NCBI GenBank assembly: GCA_040954595.2 | Contig: CM082588.2 | Location: 670,613 to 734,612 of the forward strand | Source of the DNA: Balanoglossus misakiensis | Lineage: Eukaryota > Animalia > Hemichordata | Direction of reading: 5' to 3' | Length of the DNA stretch: 64,000 nucleotides | Shown here: one piece after another, positions 13,528 to 26,814 of the stretch | Position numbering within the stretch: the first letter of the stretch is position 1 | How the letters are laid out: each line of letters begins with the position of its first letter | The notes under the pieces: model-generated | The model's database searches: none | The model's input: the letters and a program-made list of their open reading frames with translations, nothing else | Told to the model about the DNA's origin: nothing | Position numbers and translations under genes: made by a program

Positions 13528-15554
13528 CACCAGAGTGTTATGTAACTCTCTTCGTCTTTTCTTCTCTTTGGCATGTCTTTCCACAGCATCATTCATTGCT
13601 TTCTCCATTTCCATCATTTTTAATTTCAACTCTGTAGACATTGAAGATAAAAACGTCATTTATTAAGTTGTTATTGGCCTGTATGCTCTACAGCTGCATA
13701 CAAAAAAAAACAACGAAATGTGATCTTACCATAGTCTAACCATAACAGAACCATGATAATAGCCTCACCATAATCTAACCATAACTAAACCTACCTTTCA
13801 TATCCAAATTATCAGACAACCATTTCCTGTTGAAGTTCTCTGCAGCCTCCCTTCCTTTCTCGTATTCTTCATTAAACTCATGTGGCAAAGACAGTGCAGC
13901 CGACTTCAAGTTTGCAAGCTCACTCTTTAAGTTCTGCAAAATACAAAGAAATCACCAGGTTTTATAAACTTACACTTCTTACCACGAAATTCCAGGACTG
14001 GTGAATCTGTTTTAAGTGGAAAACATCAGCTAAAAAGTCCGCTTCAGTCATGCAAAAAAGTATGTTCAAAGAACCAAACACCTCTGAAACAATTTCAGTT
14101 CAGACAGGGACAGTGTATATGTACTTGATATTTTAATTACTGTTGTGATTAATTGCAAACCTTAATTTGTCTGTTGACACTGATCAGATCATATGCCAGG
14201 TTGTCCTTAAATTTCTGATTTGCAGTAAATAGTCTTCTCATGTGACCGGTTTCTTCTTTGGTATTTCGTATTGCACCTTGTAACTAGGAATGTAACATGA
14301 AAGAAATTTATTGTGGGAATGTGTATGTGCAAGTTTCAAGTATGTTGAGTATATAGGTGCTAAAACTTGACTCAAGCAGAAAAGAAAACAAGATTGACCC
14401 ATTTCTGTCTTTGAAATATCAGATGTTTCCTTTGTTTATCTACTGTCTTATTGAATTGCTGGGTAAAGTTGGCCAGAACAATGGAAAAACAAAAGAGATA
14501 CAGCTCCACCAGAAATGAACTTGTGAGGGCAGTACACTAGAAAAACAAAGGAGATACTGCTCCACCAGAAACGAACTTGTGAGGGCAGTATATACATCTA
14601 TAATGATAGAGGTGATCTAACGAGTGAAATGGGACAATTGCATTAAAACTGGTGACAGACACATTAAAATTCCTTGAGGTTGATAATATATGAGTTGTTT
14701 ACTTGAGATGTGTGAATCTATACTAACTGGGCAAAGCACAATTACAGTTTACTCTTCCCCAGAAAAAGATAACGTCAAATGAAGGATGTTCATCATAGGT
14801 TTCACATGTGTCATGGATATGCCGCCAGTCATCTTCTGGGAAATATTAATTAATACTACAAATGTTCTATACTGTTTCTGTGCCCTGAATGAAACTGTGA
14901 CTCATACTCTTATTATTAAGTGGCAACTGTGAATAGTTTCATAGTAATACATACCTGTGCAAGTTTCAAATACAACATTGCATTCTCTGTTTCCAATGCT
15001 GTGATTCTTTCATCTTTGGCCTGAATTCAGAACAAAAAACAGTTGTCAAACACTGGCTTTTCTGACTGACAAATTACTGTTTGTCAAAATGTTCATATCT
15101 ACAGGTTTTAGTATATTATTCTGATTTCAGTACAGGTATACAAAACGTATATTTTAAACAATTTATTCACAAAATTAAAATTCAAATAATAATCAGGAGA
15201 GCTGATGATCCACAAGATAGTCGCATAACCGTTACCATGGAGATTTCAGCTACCACAACTGTGGTAGATCAATAATATGAATGGTGGTTGTACTATAATA
15301 CTCGCAAACAAATATCTGTACTGAACCACATAGTACAAAATATAATCGTGTCGAACTGTATCATAAGTTCGTGTGTGTTGTACCTTTCCAAACTGTGATC
15401 ACAGCATACTAGTAAACAAAATTACAATAAATAAACAATAACAAATGAATGTCAATATTTTAAAAATAAATTTCCAGCTTACCCTTATAGTTTTCTCCAG
15501 ATTCTTGACTTTTTCAGGTATGATATGACTCGTGTCCAAACCAAAATGCGGCAT
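13528..15554 (-). CDS. KIF25: Kinesin-14 (KIF25-like) N-terminal coiled coil and neck; partial, motor exons not found in the window
   Basis: Five phase-compatible GT-AG exons (15554-15483, 15020-14955, 14283-14161, 13933-13795, 13631-13528) give 168 aa: MPHFGLD...AKDERITALETENAMLYLKLAQ...EKKRRRELHNTLV. RRELHNTLV is the kinesin-14 neck that normally continues ELxGNIRV, and the ERIxxLETENAxLxLKLA block is what I recall from long KIF25 forms. Confidence 0.75.
14484..14590. repeat. 56-bp tandem duplication in an intron of the kinesin gene
   Basis: Two near-identical copies of GAAAAACAAA.GAGATAC.GCTCCACCAGAAA.GAACTTGTGAGGGCAGTA starting at 14484 and 14540. Confidence 0.85.
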
Positions 15555-16401
15555 GGTGAGCAGTTGAACAATCTACGTATAATACACAAAATATGCGGTT
15601 GAAAATATTTCAACAAACGCGTCTTTACGGACGCGGTAAACTTGAAATCGACAAGACCGGCGGAAAAACGCACCTTGATTAATTTAATTGGCAAAACAAT
15701 AGCGTGCCCCGAGGAATCGATACTTGTGAGGGCAGCTATCAGCAGGAATGTGACCTTATAGAAAGCGTGAATGACGGATCATGGTGCTAAAATCCGCTAA
15801 AAAGCACCGGTGAGGAAAACATTCCTATGCAACTGTTGGCAGCTGCTTGTTGAAACTCAGCCAATCGTGTCAAAGGGTAAGCTTGGTCATGTGACTTACA
15901 GCTGGGTCAAATTCTTTTACCTAGTACGTTGAATTACTCTTTCCAACATACTACCTAGGTGTCAATTTTCAGAACTTATTTAAATTTCCATTGTTTATTT
16001 GGAAGCGATTAATTGAAAGATGTCCTTATCTGATCTTACTTACTAGTATCCATTTTAACACTAAATACTTATTAAGGTCACGACGCAAGCGCAGATTATG
16101 AGTACAATGGCGGACAAAGTTTGAAACTGAATGCGGAAGTGGTGTAAGTTTGAAGATTGCCGGCTGTAAATGTGCTCTTAGCCAGATCTGAAGTGTCTTT
16201 GCCGGTGTAACAGTGTCTGGTACTTATCGCACATCTGTAAACCCCGCGATCGCCGTCCGATTTGTAATCCAGTACGTGATTCACGAATATAAACCGACGC
16301 GACCCGGCGTCTCGAGCAACAGGATCGTACTCATTGCATCCGATTCATTGATCAACTCTATTGCTACCTTGATTGAAAGTTTGATCGTTGATGAAAAGAT
16401 A

Positions 16402-18919
16402 ATGGGCAAGTAAGTGTACATTCAGTGTTCTTTCTTAACAGGCCTGACCAACAATTAAATGAAGAGCAGTAAATGTATCCGTCGGGTTACTAGTGTTTGT
16501 CTGCTGCCCTTGTTTTAAAACTGTTACAGATTGTTCTCTGTATAAAATAACCATTGTCTTGCATTTTTACAACTAGAACTAGCCAAAAATCGGAGAAGAG
16601 AAAGGCAGACGACAGCAGTGAAAGTGATTACAGCTCTCCATCAGACTCTGGTGAGTAGTTAAAGACGAGTAGTTAAACGCATAAGAATCCTGCATGATGA
16701 CAAGTCAGTATGCAAACACATCATTCATGGTATCAACACTATCTATTATGAATGCCAATAGTGCATTGGGTAGTACATTGTACTTTTAATCGTGATTCAT
16801 CTACATGATTGCACTCAACAGATTCAGATGATGGATTGTCTGCCAAGAAAGTCAAGCTGGATGCCAGTGCAAAGAAACAGAAGAAGGAAGAAGAGAGAAA
16901 GAAGAAGAAAAAAGAGAAAATGAAAGCCCAAGGTGTGTAAAGAATCTGGCATGAACTGGAATCATTACACAAAGTTTAATTTACCTCTAAATAACACATG
17001 CATGTGTAACTATACTATTACTTTGACAGGGAAACTTACACAAGAAGATTTTTACAGCAAAGGATTAGAATTCAGGACTTGGTTGGTGGAAGAGGTAAGT
17101 ATCTACATGTGTATTTATTTTTTAACTTCATATTTAACTTGATAGTTCGATTTATGTAACTGAAAGTTTGCAAACTTTGAACTATGTTTGTTTGTATACA
17201 GAAAGGAAAATATGTTGATGATCTGGAGACCTCCAAAGCAAAGTTGATGTTCAAGAAGTTTGTGAAGAAATGGAATAAAAATCGACTACCTAAGGTAAAT
17301 ATTGGATGACATTATTATCTATGGCCCTTAATCTTCAACCAGCCCTCTGATTGTTCTCAATTAAATCTTTTCCCTCATATCATTTCAGAAATACTACAAA
17401 GGACTTGATGCATCTGATATCAGTGCTTCTTCTAGGACTAAGTACAAATGGAATGTAAGTGTTTAAGAACAACTCTCTGTCTCTTCTGGGACAATTTCTC
17501 ATGCCATCTCTTGCCATCATACACAATGCAACCAGATCACCAGTACTCTATTTAACTAACCACAAAGCTGATATTTTTTTTCAGTTCAAAGGATCAAAGC
17601 AAGATGAAAAAATCAGAACAGTCCGAGGGAAAATAAAGAGTTGGACATCAGGTTCCAATGTGACTCTTCACGATAATCCTGGATTTTCTACTTTTGGGAA
17701 AAGTAGCAGCACTGGGGGACAGAAGACAAGACCAGCTCTGGTTTTCCAGGAACCATCTGGATCAAGCAGACCTATCCAGGGACCAACTTTACCACCAGGG
17801 TCAAGTAAACCTATCCAGGGTCCAATGATGCCACCGGGGTCATCTAGACCAATCCAGGGACCAACTTTACCCCCTGGGGCAGTAAAGCCCGTTCTGGGAC
17901 CAACCATGCCAGTGAGTCACTTAATACACCTAACTCTTCATCTTACTATGTGACATGTGAAATAAAACTGGCTTTCACTTCTCGTGAAAATGTGTTCCTA
18001 GTGACACAGGTTGAGAATCATTCATTTTTCATCCAACTTGAAAATAATGTCACATGTTCATGTTGTCTTGTAGCCATCAAGGTCACAATTTGAACTTGAA
18101 GAACATCAAGAAGCTGAAAGGAAAAGACTCCAGAAAGAAAGGAAAGACTTTAGGAATTATGACAAGATGGTGAGTCAGGAGACACCTGCATTACAACAAG
18201 AAACACTTTCAATTTTCCCCCTTTTCTCAGGACTGCACTTGTCAAGCAATATAAGCTGATTGGGTGATGATCATATTAAAGTTATTATGATTATGTTAGG
18301 ATGTGATGTCACCAAGACAAGAGATTAATTCTTTTTGGCCTCACTAGGTGATGGAGGAGTTGGCACCCAAAGCAACTGGTCATGAAGCCAAAATTGAGAA
18401 GAAAATGTCAAGAGCTTACAACAGGAGATCAAGAGGACAGAGCCCAGAAATGAAGGATTCTTACATCATGGGAGGGTGAGTTGAAGCTTTGAAATATTGA
18501 TAAACATATTGCATTATATGATGAATATGGACTACAGTACCAGCCCATTTGCCTGACTTTCCTTTTTTGAATCCAACTTACTGTTTTGTTTTCAGCTCTA
18601 ATGACGACTTCCATGCAAGATTGCAACACAGGAAAGAAAGGAAGGAAGAGAAACGTCAGCAACGACAGGAATCGGATAGCAACAAGATTACAGAGTATCA
18701 AGCAAAAGAGAAGGCTAAGATGGCTGTAAGTACATGGGGATCTTCATTCAAATCAGACTTGAATCACATTGTTCTGTTTGTTGGTTGTGTGGCTGTTCGT
18801 AAAGCTCCACGATGCAGTGCTATTAGTTTTTCACCACTAACACCAGACTCACTTTATTTCAGGCGCTGTTGGAGATAGCAAGAGCAAATCGAAGTCAGAA
18901 TTCCCTGTGGAAGTCTTAG
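16402..18919 (+). CDS. SCI1 (style cell-cycle inhibitor 1)-like nuclear protein, 11 exons, 384 aa
   Basis: Exons 16402-16409, 16577-16650, 16822-16932, 17030-17094, 17202-17294, 17389-17454, 17585-17911, 18074-18169, 18348-18475, 18596-18725 and 18863-18919 join in frame. The core LTQEDFYSKGLEFRTWLVEEKGKY..DL....AKLMFKKFVKKWN..RL..KYY.G...RTKYKW resembles the plant/fungal SCI1 domain. K-rich N-terminus and a charged C-terminal helix. Confidence 0.8.
17759..17911 (+). repeat. Coding 39-bp (13-aa) tandem repeat, about 4 copies
   Basis: GSSRPIQGPTLPP / GSSKPIQGPMMPP / GSSRPIQGPTLPP / GAVKPVLGPTMP within exon 7 of the SCI1-like gene. Confidence 0.9.
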
Positions 18920-20114
18920 AATAATCTGAAGAAATGCCTTAGTAACTCCAACCATGGACAATCACCTTTGCCACAAAATGAAGGACAATATTTATAGCCA
19001 AAGAGATATTTACTATGTAGGGCATGTAGACATGATAGTGTCTACAAGAAAATATAGCCATTGACACAACACATATAGACTGTAATCCTTGTAATGCATA
19101 CCTTGTCTATCACATAGACACTACCGTCTACAAAGTACAATGTACAGATTGGTGTCTATAACTTATAGATACCAATCTAGACTATTTATATAGACTGTAT
19201 ATGACTGTAACTTTCCACTGTTTTAAATATTACTGCCTTGTTAATGAATTGGATATTTATTCATTTTTTTTTAATATTTACAGTTTTGGGTGGTTGTTTA
19301 ACATGTTAATTCTTTACTGTATATGATATAATTTTATGTACTATGACAACAATTTTGTTTTGCACAGAGCCATCACAGTCTGTGGGTTAAAATATGCTGC
19401 TAACAAGAAATGTCTATTTTTTTTAATGTACAACTCTGTGAGTACTGGTTTCTATGGTGATAATGGCCTGTCAATGAATTTTTTGTTGGTTGTCCAGAAA
19501 GTACTGTTAGTGTATTTTAATGAAATAAAACAGATATCTTGACCAGCATTTTGGGATTGTTTAATTTAGAGAAAGAAGGCGTGAGCGACTGCTGACAGTC
19601 TGTAGTATTCCCAGCAACTTTTGACTCAAGATGATGTATCTTACATCAAGGTTCAGATACACAATTCACAATTGAAAAAATGCCATCAAGGCGTTAAACA
19701 ATTGAATTTGCCATATTTCCACATGACCAGCTACCCGTATGGTATATAACTTACATCGCTCAAACAAAACAGGTGCAGAAATTGCTTCTATTTTGCAACA
19801 TAGAAACGTCATTGACTAATCAGCACTACACTTTTTTCCACTTGCGTTAATGGACTTCATGAGGGTACAGGTGGTTTGGAACAATAATAACACCATTTGT
19901 CAAAATGAGAAATGGGTTGTTGTCGATATCAACAATACAATAGCAATATGATATCAAAACATCTGTGGTTTTAAGGATTGTTTTCATGTCATTATATCTT
20001 ACAAAACAAATGTGAAGGCATTCATGAAATGTCACAGAACTGTTTTGTATAATTACAATTCCATGTTCCAATCAATAAAGACGGGGTTGGAGTATGGTTG
20101 TCAGATGATCAGTT

Positions 20115-20210
20115 GTTATATATACCCCGGAAATCATACCCATCGTTACTGGTCACTGTAGTTGATCAACCAGAAGCAAGAAGATACAAGTTGCGTGTAT
20201 ATCAAGTGAG
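20115..20210 (+). promoter_or_regulatory. TATA promoter and non-coding first exon of C-type lectin 1
   Basis: TATATATA at about 20117 and donor gtgagt at 20211. The TATA...TGGTCA.TGT.GTTGATCAACC layout recurs upstream of lectin 2. Confidence 0.6.
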
Positions 20211-20335
20211 GTGAGTTTATTCTCTCCAGACAGAGCTCTATTTATGCTTCACGAAAATTCTCTAACTTCTGTCAACGCAGAAGACGGTGAAACTCACGAG
20301 AATTTTTAATATTGTATTGGCACAGCTCAAGAAAC

Positions 20336-21933
20336 ATGAAAAGTGCACTGGCGTTCATTGCTGTTGTCCTGGCTGTACACCTGGCAAACGGCCAATCAGG
20401 TAAAGAACTTTGCAAAATTTTACTATATGTCACCAGTCATGTCCTGATAGCTCAAGAATTTAATACTAAAGATCACCAAAATTTAAACCAATACAAGACT
20501 TATCATGATCAAGATAATGAAAAATCGCCCATTTCATTTTGAAGCCACCTTTACATTAGGCCACCATTTGTTTCAGTGTAAAATCAAACAACGATGCAAA
20601 TGACCGATTTCTGCACAAGTATAATAGAACGTTCATTTTCAACATAATTGCCTAACACCGTATATATTGGAGTTAACATACATAGCTTTTGGTAACGACA
20701 CTATCGAATGAAATATATCTGCTGTCTTGTTACATGAGCAATGTATACATTTATCTTGCATGGCACAATGGCGAGCATATGCAAGTAACATTAGGTCTAA
20801 TTTATAGAACTGCTTTTATATAAAACGCAGTGTGAAATATACAATACGAAAAACATATGGTATTTGGGTGTATGTTCTGGTGCCAATTTCTCTTGTTGAA
20901 GCGAAGCTGCCAAAAGATCATATGTACTGCATAAACTATTTAGAACCATATGGTTAAAAAGCACACCTGTGACACTGTTAGGGCGTTGATAAAACACTGT
21001 ATATGACAATTCCCAGGGATCTTATTCTTGTATCTCTGTGTTTACCAAATATCCTCCTTTTTAAAAGACCAAATAAGTTGTTCTATAGTGCTATTGTTTT
21101 CTGTCAAATACATTATTTTTGATATTGCGGGCAATTTGTGTATTAGTATCTTTCAGACGCTGTCAGTGTTTCGGGTACAGGGCGGAGTGTGGCTCTTTAA
21201 CTTGGCACGACGCGAGGGATACCTGCCAAGGATATGGCGGCTGGCTGGTAACCATGGACACGGAAGGAGTGTGGGAAGATTTGATAACCACAATACAAGA
21301 TGGCGGCATGGATAACAAGGACTGTCATCAGAACGGCTTTTGGATCGGTTTCTACGATCCCGATTCATCTGTCGTTACGGTTGATCACACCGCAGAGGAT
21401 TTCGTGTGGATTCATCCACTGTGCTCATCGTACGAAACATGGGCGCCTGGTCAGCCCAACGACAATACAAAGGATAGCCCCATAGGACAAAACTGTGTTC
21501 AGTTATGGTGAGTTACTTTCGAATTCAGAAATCAGTGAAATTTGAGGAATGCTGCCTAAATTCTTGAAAACAATGGGTTTGGACTGAACCATGGTGGTGA
21601 AAGGGTTAATGATTGTGACAAGGCCTGTCTCATACACCATTCTCTTATCTCTGTTGTATTTTCTAAATTTTAGGACAAAGAGAGGCTTCAGGTATGACGA
21701 TGAGTACTGTACCAGCGAAAAAGCCTACATCTGTCAGAGAGAACTCGGTGAGTATTTTCAATAGACATTTTCCCGAAACCCTGCGAGATCTCGGGAGTAC
21801 ACAAAAGTGTTTTTATCTAAGTCTCATGTACAACTTAATATCAATGCAGTCATATGTGCTCTCTCCATTGTAGAGTTTTAAGTAACTTTGATGTTCTTTT
21901 TGCTTTACAGTCCAGTGTACCTGCCCTCCGTAA
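20336..21933 (+). CDS. Secreted single-domain C-type lectin (QPN motif)
   Basis: Signal-peptide exon 20336-20399; CTLD exon 21148-21508 (TWHDARDTC...FWIG...WAPGQPND...NCVQLW); exon 21674-21747 (YDDEYC...YICQ); last exon 21911-21933 (QCTCPP*). Confidence 0.9.
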
Positions 21934-22186
21934 ATGGAGTAGACACAACGTACCACAAACACATGGTATTTTTTCTGGCTTTCTGGTTCCAACTATAATG
22001 GTGAGGGGTGGGGTCGCTGTTCAACGGTGCCTCAGAGAGAAGTGACGCCGGCTGTTAATCACCACCTTTCAGTACTTCTAGTATCTATACGACCATTCCT
22101 TTACTTGATCTGTAATTTTTCGCTAATCATTATATTAAACGTAGATTGCAATTAAACTAAGGAAAATCTTAACTGACTGACTGTCT

Positions 22187-22187
<1 letters not shown>

Positions 22188-22238
<51 letters not shown>

Positions 22239-22258
22239 CGATGACGATGATGATGATG
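22188..22258. repeat. (GAT)n microsatellite
   Basis: Direct reading; two GAC interruptions. Confidence 0.95.
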
Positions 22259-22911
22259 CATATACACGTGGTCATCAATTAATCATAACCTATCGTCCTC
22301 TGTAGTGTTCCACGAATTAAAACTGTCTGAGCAAAGACTACGAACCGCATTTTTGAAGTGGTTTTAACGAAACTCAAGAGGATCACATGCGCGAGAAAAT
22401 TACTTAACCGATATCCTTCATTGTGTGTTCCATATTGTTATATTGAAATGTTCATCTGGTCAGTGAATGCAGAATGCAACGCCGTCATTTTGAAACGTAT
22501 GGTTGGGTGTTTTTTCACCCCCAAAGTGCCGAATTAATTTATTTGTAAGTCATTGACTACCTTAATGGAAATGCATAAAGAATAAGAAACACATTCCCAT
22601 TTGACGTTTAAATTTTGTAAAAATTGTATTTGTTACTTAAAACAAATACTGACATACTTTTCTATTATCTTTCTATAGTACAGTGTATTTGCTCAAATGT
22701 CCCACAAACTTATTGCAGATTATATGAAGTATCAATTTCCTAGTAATATGAGATGTTACCAGGTGTTTTACCTATTGCTGTTAAGTTTTTAAAACAGCAC
22801 AAAGCTAGTCTTTGATGTGAGAGATCTTGCATCGCATTAATGGGTCAAATAATTGGCGCACACACGAAAGGCATGACGTATGGTTTTGTGTACACTGACT
22901 TCTAGACACAG

Positions 22912-23001
22912 TTATAAAAACCCAAGGTTTTACACAGAAGCTGTCATTGGTCAATGTCGTTGATCAACCGTTATTCGGCAGATACATCCACATCGTTCGA
23001 G
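22912..23001 (+). promoter_or_regulatory. TATA promoter and non-coding first exon of C-type lectin 2
   Basis: TATAAAA at about 22913 and donor gtaagg at 23002; similar to the lectin 1 leader. Confidence 0.6.
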
Positions 23002-23210
23002 GTAAGGTTCATTTTGTCACATTATTAGTTGCACAAACTTCGCTCGAATCGCAGAGAAAAATACGCGATCTTCAGCCTCTTTGACTGTAGATGAAGCTTG
23101 AATGTTTAATAATGAAATGATAATGTTTTTATTCGACGATTAAATATAGTTGTAGATTAAATACAGTTGTGACCATGTTGAACTTCGTAACTTAGGTATT
23201 CAGAAGCACC

Positions 23211-24323
23211 ATGAATCCAGTGCTGACTTTGCTGTTTCTGTTCGCTGTATCCATGGCTTATGGCCAGACAGGTAAGCCCTTATTAAGACTAGCTTTTCAG
23301 TATCAACTTCACTTCCAATTCCAAAACCGAGTTTCGTTCGACATATGTACGTGTAACTCCCTTTTCTTCCACAGTCAAAGTTTGGAAAAATTGGGGAAAA
23401 CGCACTTTTCTGAGTGAAAGAAAAAACTACTTTTATAACCGTAATTCATTATAAAAAAACTGTTAAACGCTTTGTTTGTGTACCAAGATTTTGCGTTTGG
23501 TATTTAGGGATTCTCAAAACCGAAAACTGTTTTCCGCAGTCCACTGGTTTAATTGCTTTTTCAAAATCGACATTGTCACCACCTTCTATCTGTGTCTCTG
23601 CAGTGACTTTCACTCGCTGTGACTGCTACAAGTACTCAGCCAGCTGTGGGAGTCTGACTTGGGAGGAAGCCAAGGCAACATGCGAAAGTGAGGGAGGATT
23701 TCTTGCTACCATGGATACAGAAGAAACATGGCGGGCAGTGAAAACCGAAATTGTTGACGCTGGACTGGACACGAAGGATTGTCACAATAATGGATTTTGG
23801 ATTGGTTACCACGACCGGGACACAAGTCTGGACAACATTCCCCACGCACCATCTGATCTGGAATGGATCTATCCCATGTGCAAACATTTTGAAATTTGGG
23901 AGAAAGACCAACCAGACGACAGTCTTAAGAAATCTGAGTATGGACAAAACTGTGTTCAATTGTGGTGAGTATGATATTGCAATAAATTTTGAACGATCGT
24001 TATTCGTATACATGTCCAAGCTGGCGCTAAGGATCAAAAACAGAAGAGCCCTCCTCAAGTGACAAGTTTTTGTACTCATCAGCTCGTATTTTCAAATTCT
24101 TTTCATCTAGGATCAGAAAGAGTAACAAATTTGATGATGACTACTGTACCAACACAAAGGGTTACGTCTGCCAGAGAGTTGTCAGTAAGTATGAAGAAAA
24201 TATCTCTATAAATATTATGCCATATGAGGATTAAACTGTTGAAAGTTAGACTAATCTTGGAGTTGATTCAATTATTTATGATTCTTATTTCTTGCAGCTG
24301 AATGTTCCTGTGCTGCGAAGTAA
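23211..24323 (+). CDS. Secreted single-domain C-type lectin (QPD, galactose-type motif), tandem paralog of lectin 1
   Basis: Exons 23211-23271, 23604-23964, 24111-24184 and 24298-24323, with the same intron positions and phases as lectin 1; FWIG, QPDD, NCVQLW, FDDDYC, YVCQ, ECSC. Confidence 0.9.
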
Positions 24324-26526
24324 ATGCAACGAATGGACGAACGATGACAGAAGATTGTAAAATTATCACAATTACCGCTTCCTAGCCATCCTTTTTATCT
24401 GAATATTACAGGTTCTTTTCGTCTATTGGGGTCCAAATTATTTCTCTAAATGGTGTAAAGAGTATAGGCATAATTTTTTGATTCATCGTATGTTAAATGA
24501 ATTTAATGAATAGTTGGATAAAAGTACCTGAACTGGAATTGATCATCTTCTAAACCATATTCAAATAAAAGATTACGTGAAATTTCTGTGTTTTCTCGAA
24601 ATTGTGATTCTAAGTTTTACGTTCTTTCCTCACATCTCTCGCTTGCTGCTATTATTTACTTTGAATAAACCTGAGGAGTTCAATCGATCTGTCTGTGGCT
24701 GAATTATTGAATCCTTGCAATGGCTTGTGAGGTTCGCAGTCAACCTCCATGTTGACACAAGCGCTACCAGAGCCGTTCCAAATCGACGGTCTCTACGGCC
24801 AGTATGTGATGAGTATTCCTGTGTGCACGCGTGTAAGCTTATACCATCAAATTACAGTTGGGAGCATATCCGATGGTGGAATACTTTTGCTTGTCGGATC
24901 TCGAACCTAAAAGCAGCGAAACCGCGACAGAGAGCGACTCGCCGTGTCAAAGTTTCGAGGTCAGACAAGCTAGACTAACTAAACGTCTAAAAATTGCTGT
25001 AGAAAAATATTGCGACCACGGTACCTTATATGAGATGACCATGACTCCGAAGACCTTGTCAGGGATTACTTGCTCATCCAAACCATCAAACACGAGGGTG
25101 TGGCTGCAGTTGTCCTCAAGTTGTAGGTGTTTTCGTGTAAAACCACGGTCATTCCACGAACTGTAGTTAACCAACATCGACATAAAACGTGCCAGAGATC
25201 ATATTCAAGCCACGTGTACACAACCCACGTGATTAACCCCAACCAATCAAGTAGTAGTACACAGGTGTGCGTTTTAAAATGTAAATGTCGCTCTAATCTG
25301 ACGCCGCGATAGCAGCAGAACGCAAGCAAAGGCAAAGACGCCGCCTAACTTTACAGGCGATTTTAGTTTAGAAGATTGTCGGACACCACTGCTAATGCAA
25401 TTCTTCACAGTGGATCAACAGACCATCAGATAACATAACGTTTTGAAATGTGTTTAATTGGTATATATTCACATTAATCACACATACAGTAAATATGTCC
25501 ACACTTTGGGTTGCAGATTACATGTACCTACATTTGTTTCTTAACTATCCATGAAGTATTCAAGCAATGTAAGAACGTGTGTTTCCAGATGGCTGGGCAA
25601 CCTCACAATAGATATGCCAACAAGAATCAGTTAAGCAGAGTTCAGTGCTTCTGAAAGCAGATAAAGTGTATGATCTATTCTGTTGTTCCCTGGTTCTTAC
25701 ATTGATGGATGTGTGACGCAAATGAGATGTCAATCATATCACAGCTGATATCCAACAGCCAACCAGCATCAGTCACATCTCCACTCAATGACAAAAGGCA
25801 TAAACATGTACATGACAACTGTTGCTAGGCAAAATTAAAGTCTGTAACATTCCTATGAAGTCTTATGAAGACCAATAAAGTAAATGGCTTGGATGAAATT
25901 TGGCACTCACTCCACACATGCCCACAAATGAAATTTTTACATCTAAATGTAATAAAGTGAAATTCTCATCTTTTAACATTTCTACCTGACTTGGGAGTAA
26001 AATATACAAACAAAAACATAGTGTTTTATTAACAAGTTCATGAAACCAATAATTTTGCTACGCCACATCAGATGAATCTTATTACTGATATATATTCTAC
26101 AGAGCAAAGTTTAAAAAGGCCCTTTTTTAGTTTCATTCATATGATATTTAAAAGTATGTGGTGATTATTACAATCTTGCAGAAGATCACAATCCAGGGAA
26201 GAAAGTATATACAATGGTTTCCATCTAAGCAAGCATATCTGTCAATGCATAGATAGCTTCCTGTTCTGGAGCAATCAAAATTCAACAAAAGATGAACACA
26301 GACATGGTTCACCAGTCTTTGTACACAATGAAGCAGTATTTCTCAATGCAAAGATACATTTGTATGATTTCAAAACATTTAAATTATATAAAACGTAGGT
26401 TATATTTTTCATATCTTTTTATAATAACACATCCTTTTCTGGTTTACATTATACAAAATGTAGGTAACCAAGTCTTAATTAGATAGACTTAAATTTAAAT
26501 TTGTCTCGCACATTATCAATTGTAAC

Positions 26527-26778
26527 TTAACTAGGTCTACACTGTACAGCGTTGTCTGAGTTTTCATCATCAGATCCTTCTGAGATCCCTGTGATGCGAT
26601 ATCCCATGTTCATTAACATAACTTCCAATGGATCAGCATTCATTCGTTTCTGATTGGCTGTAGCTGCTGAGTCTGTCTCTTCTATGTGTCTGTCATCTTC
26701 CTTTGGGCCCTCCTGAAATGTGCATCAGCAAGGTCAGAATTTTACATGTGTATCCAGTGAATTGTGTAGATCAGTTGG

Positions 26779-26814
<36 letters not shown>

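Noticed and set aside
14484-14590. CRISPR-like array
   Set aside because: Only two adjacent copies, no unique spacers, eukaryotic intron, no cas genes.
21148-21160. Apparent frameshift in lectin 1 if the tttcag acceptor at 21156 is used
   Set aside because: The upstream TAG acceptor (21147) restores the frame and matches the paralog's exon boundary.
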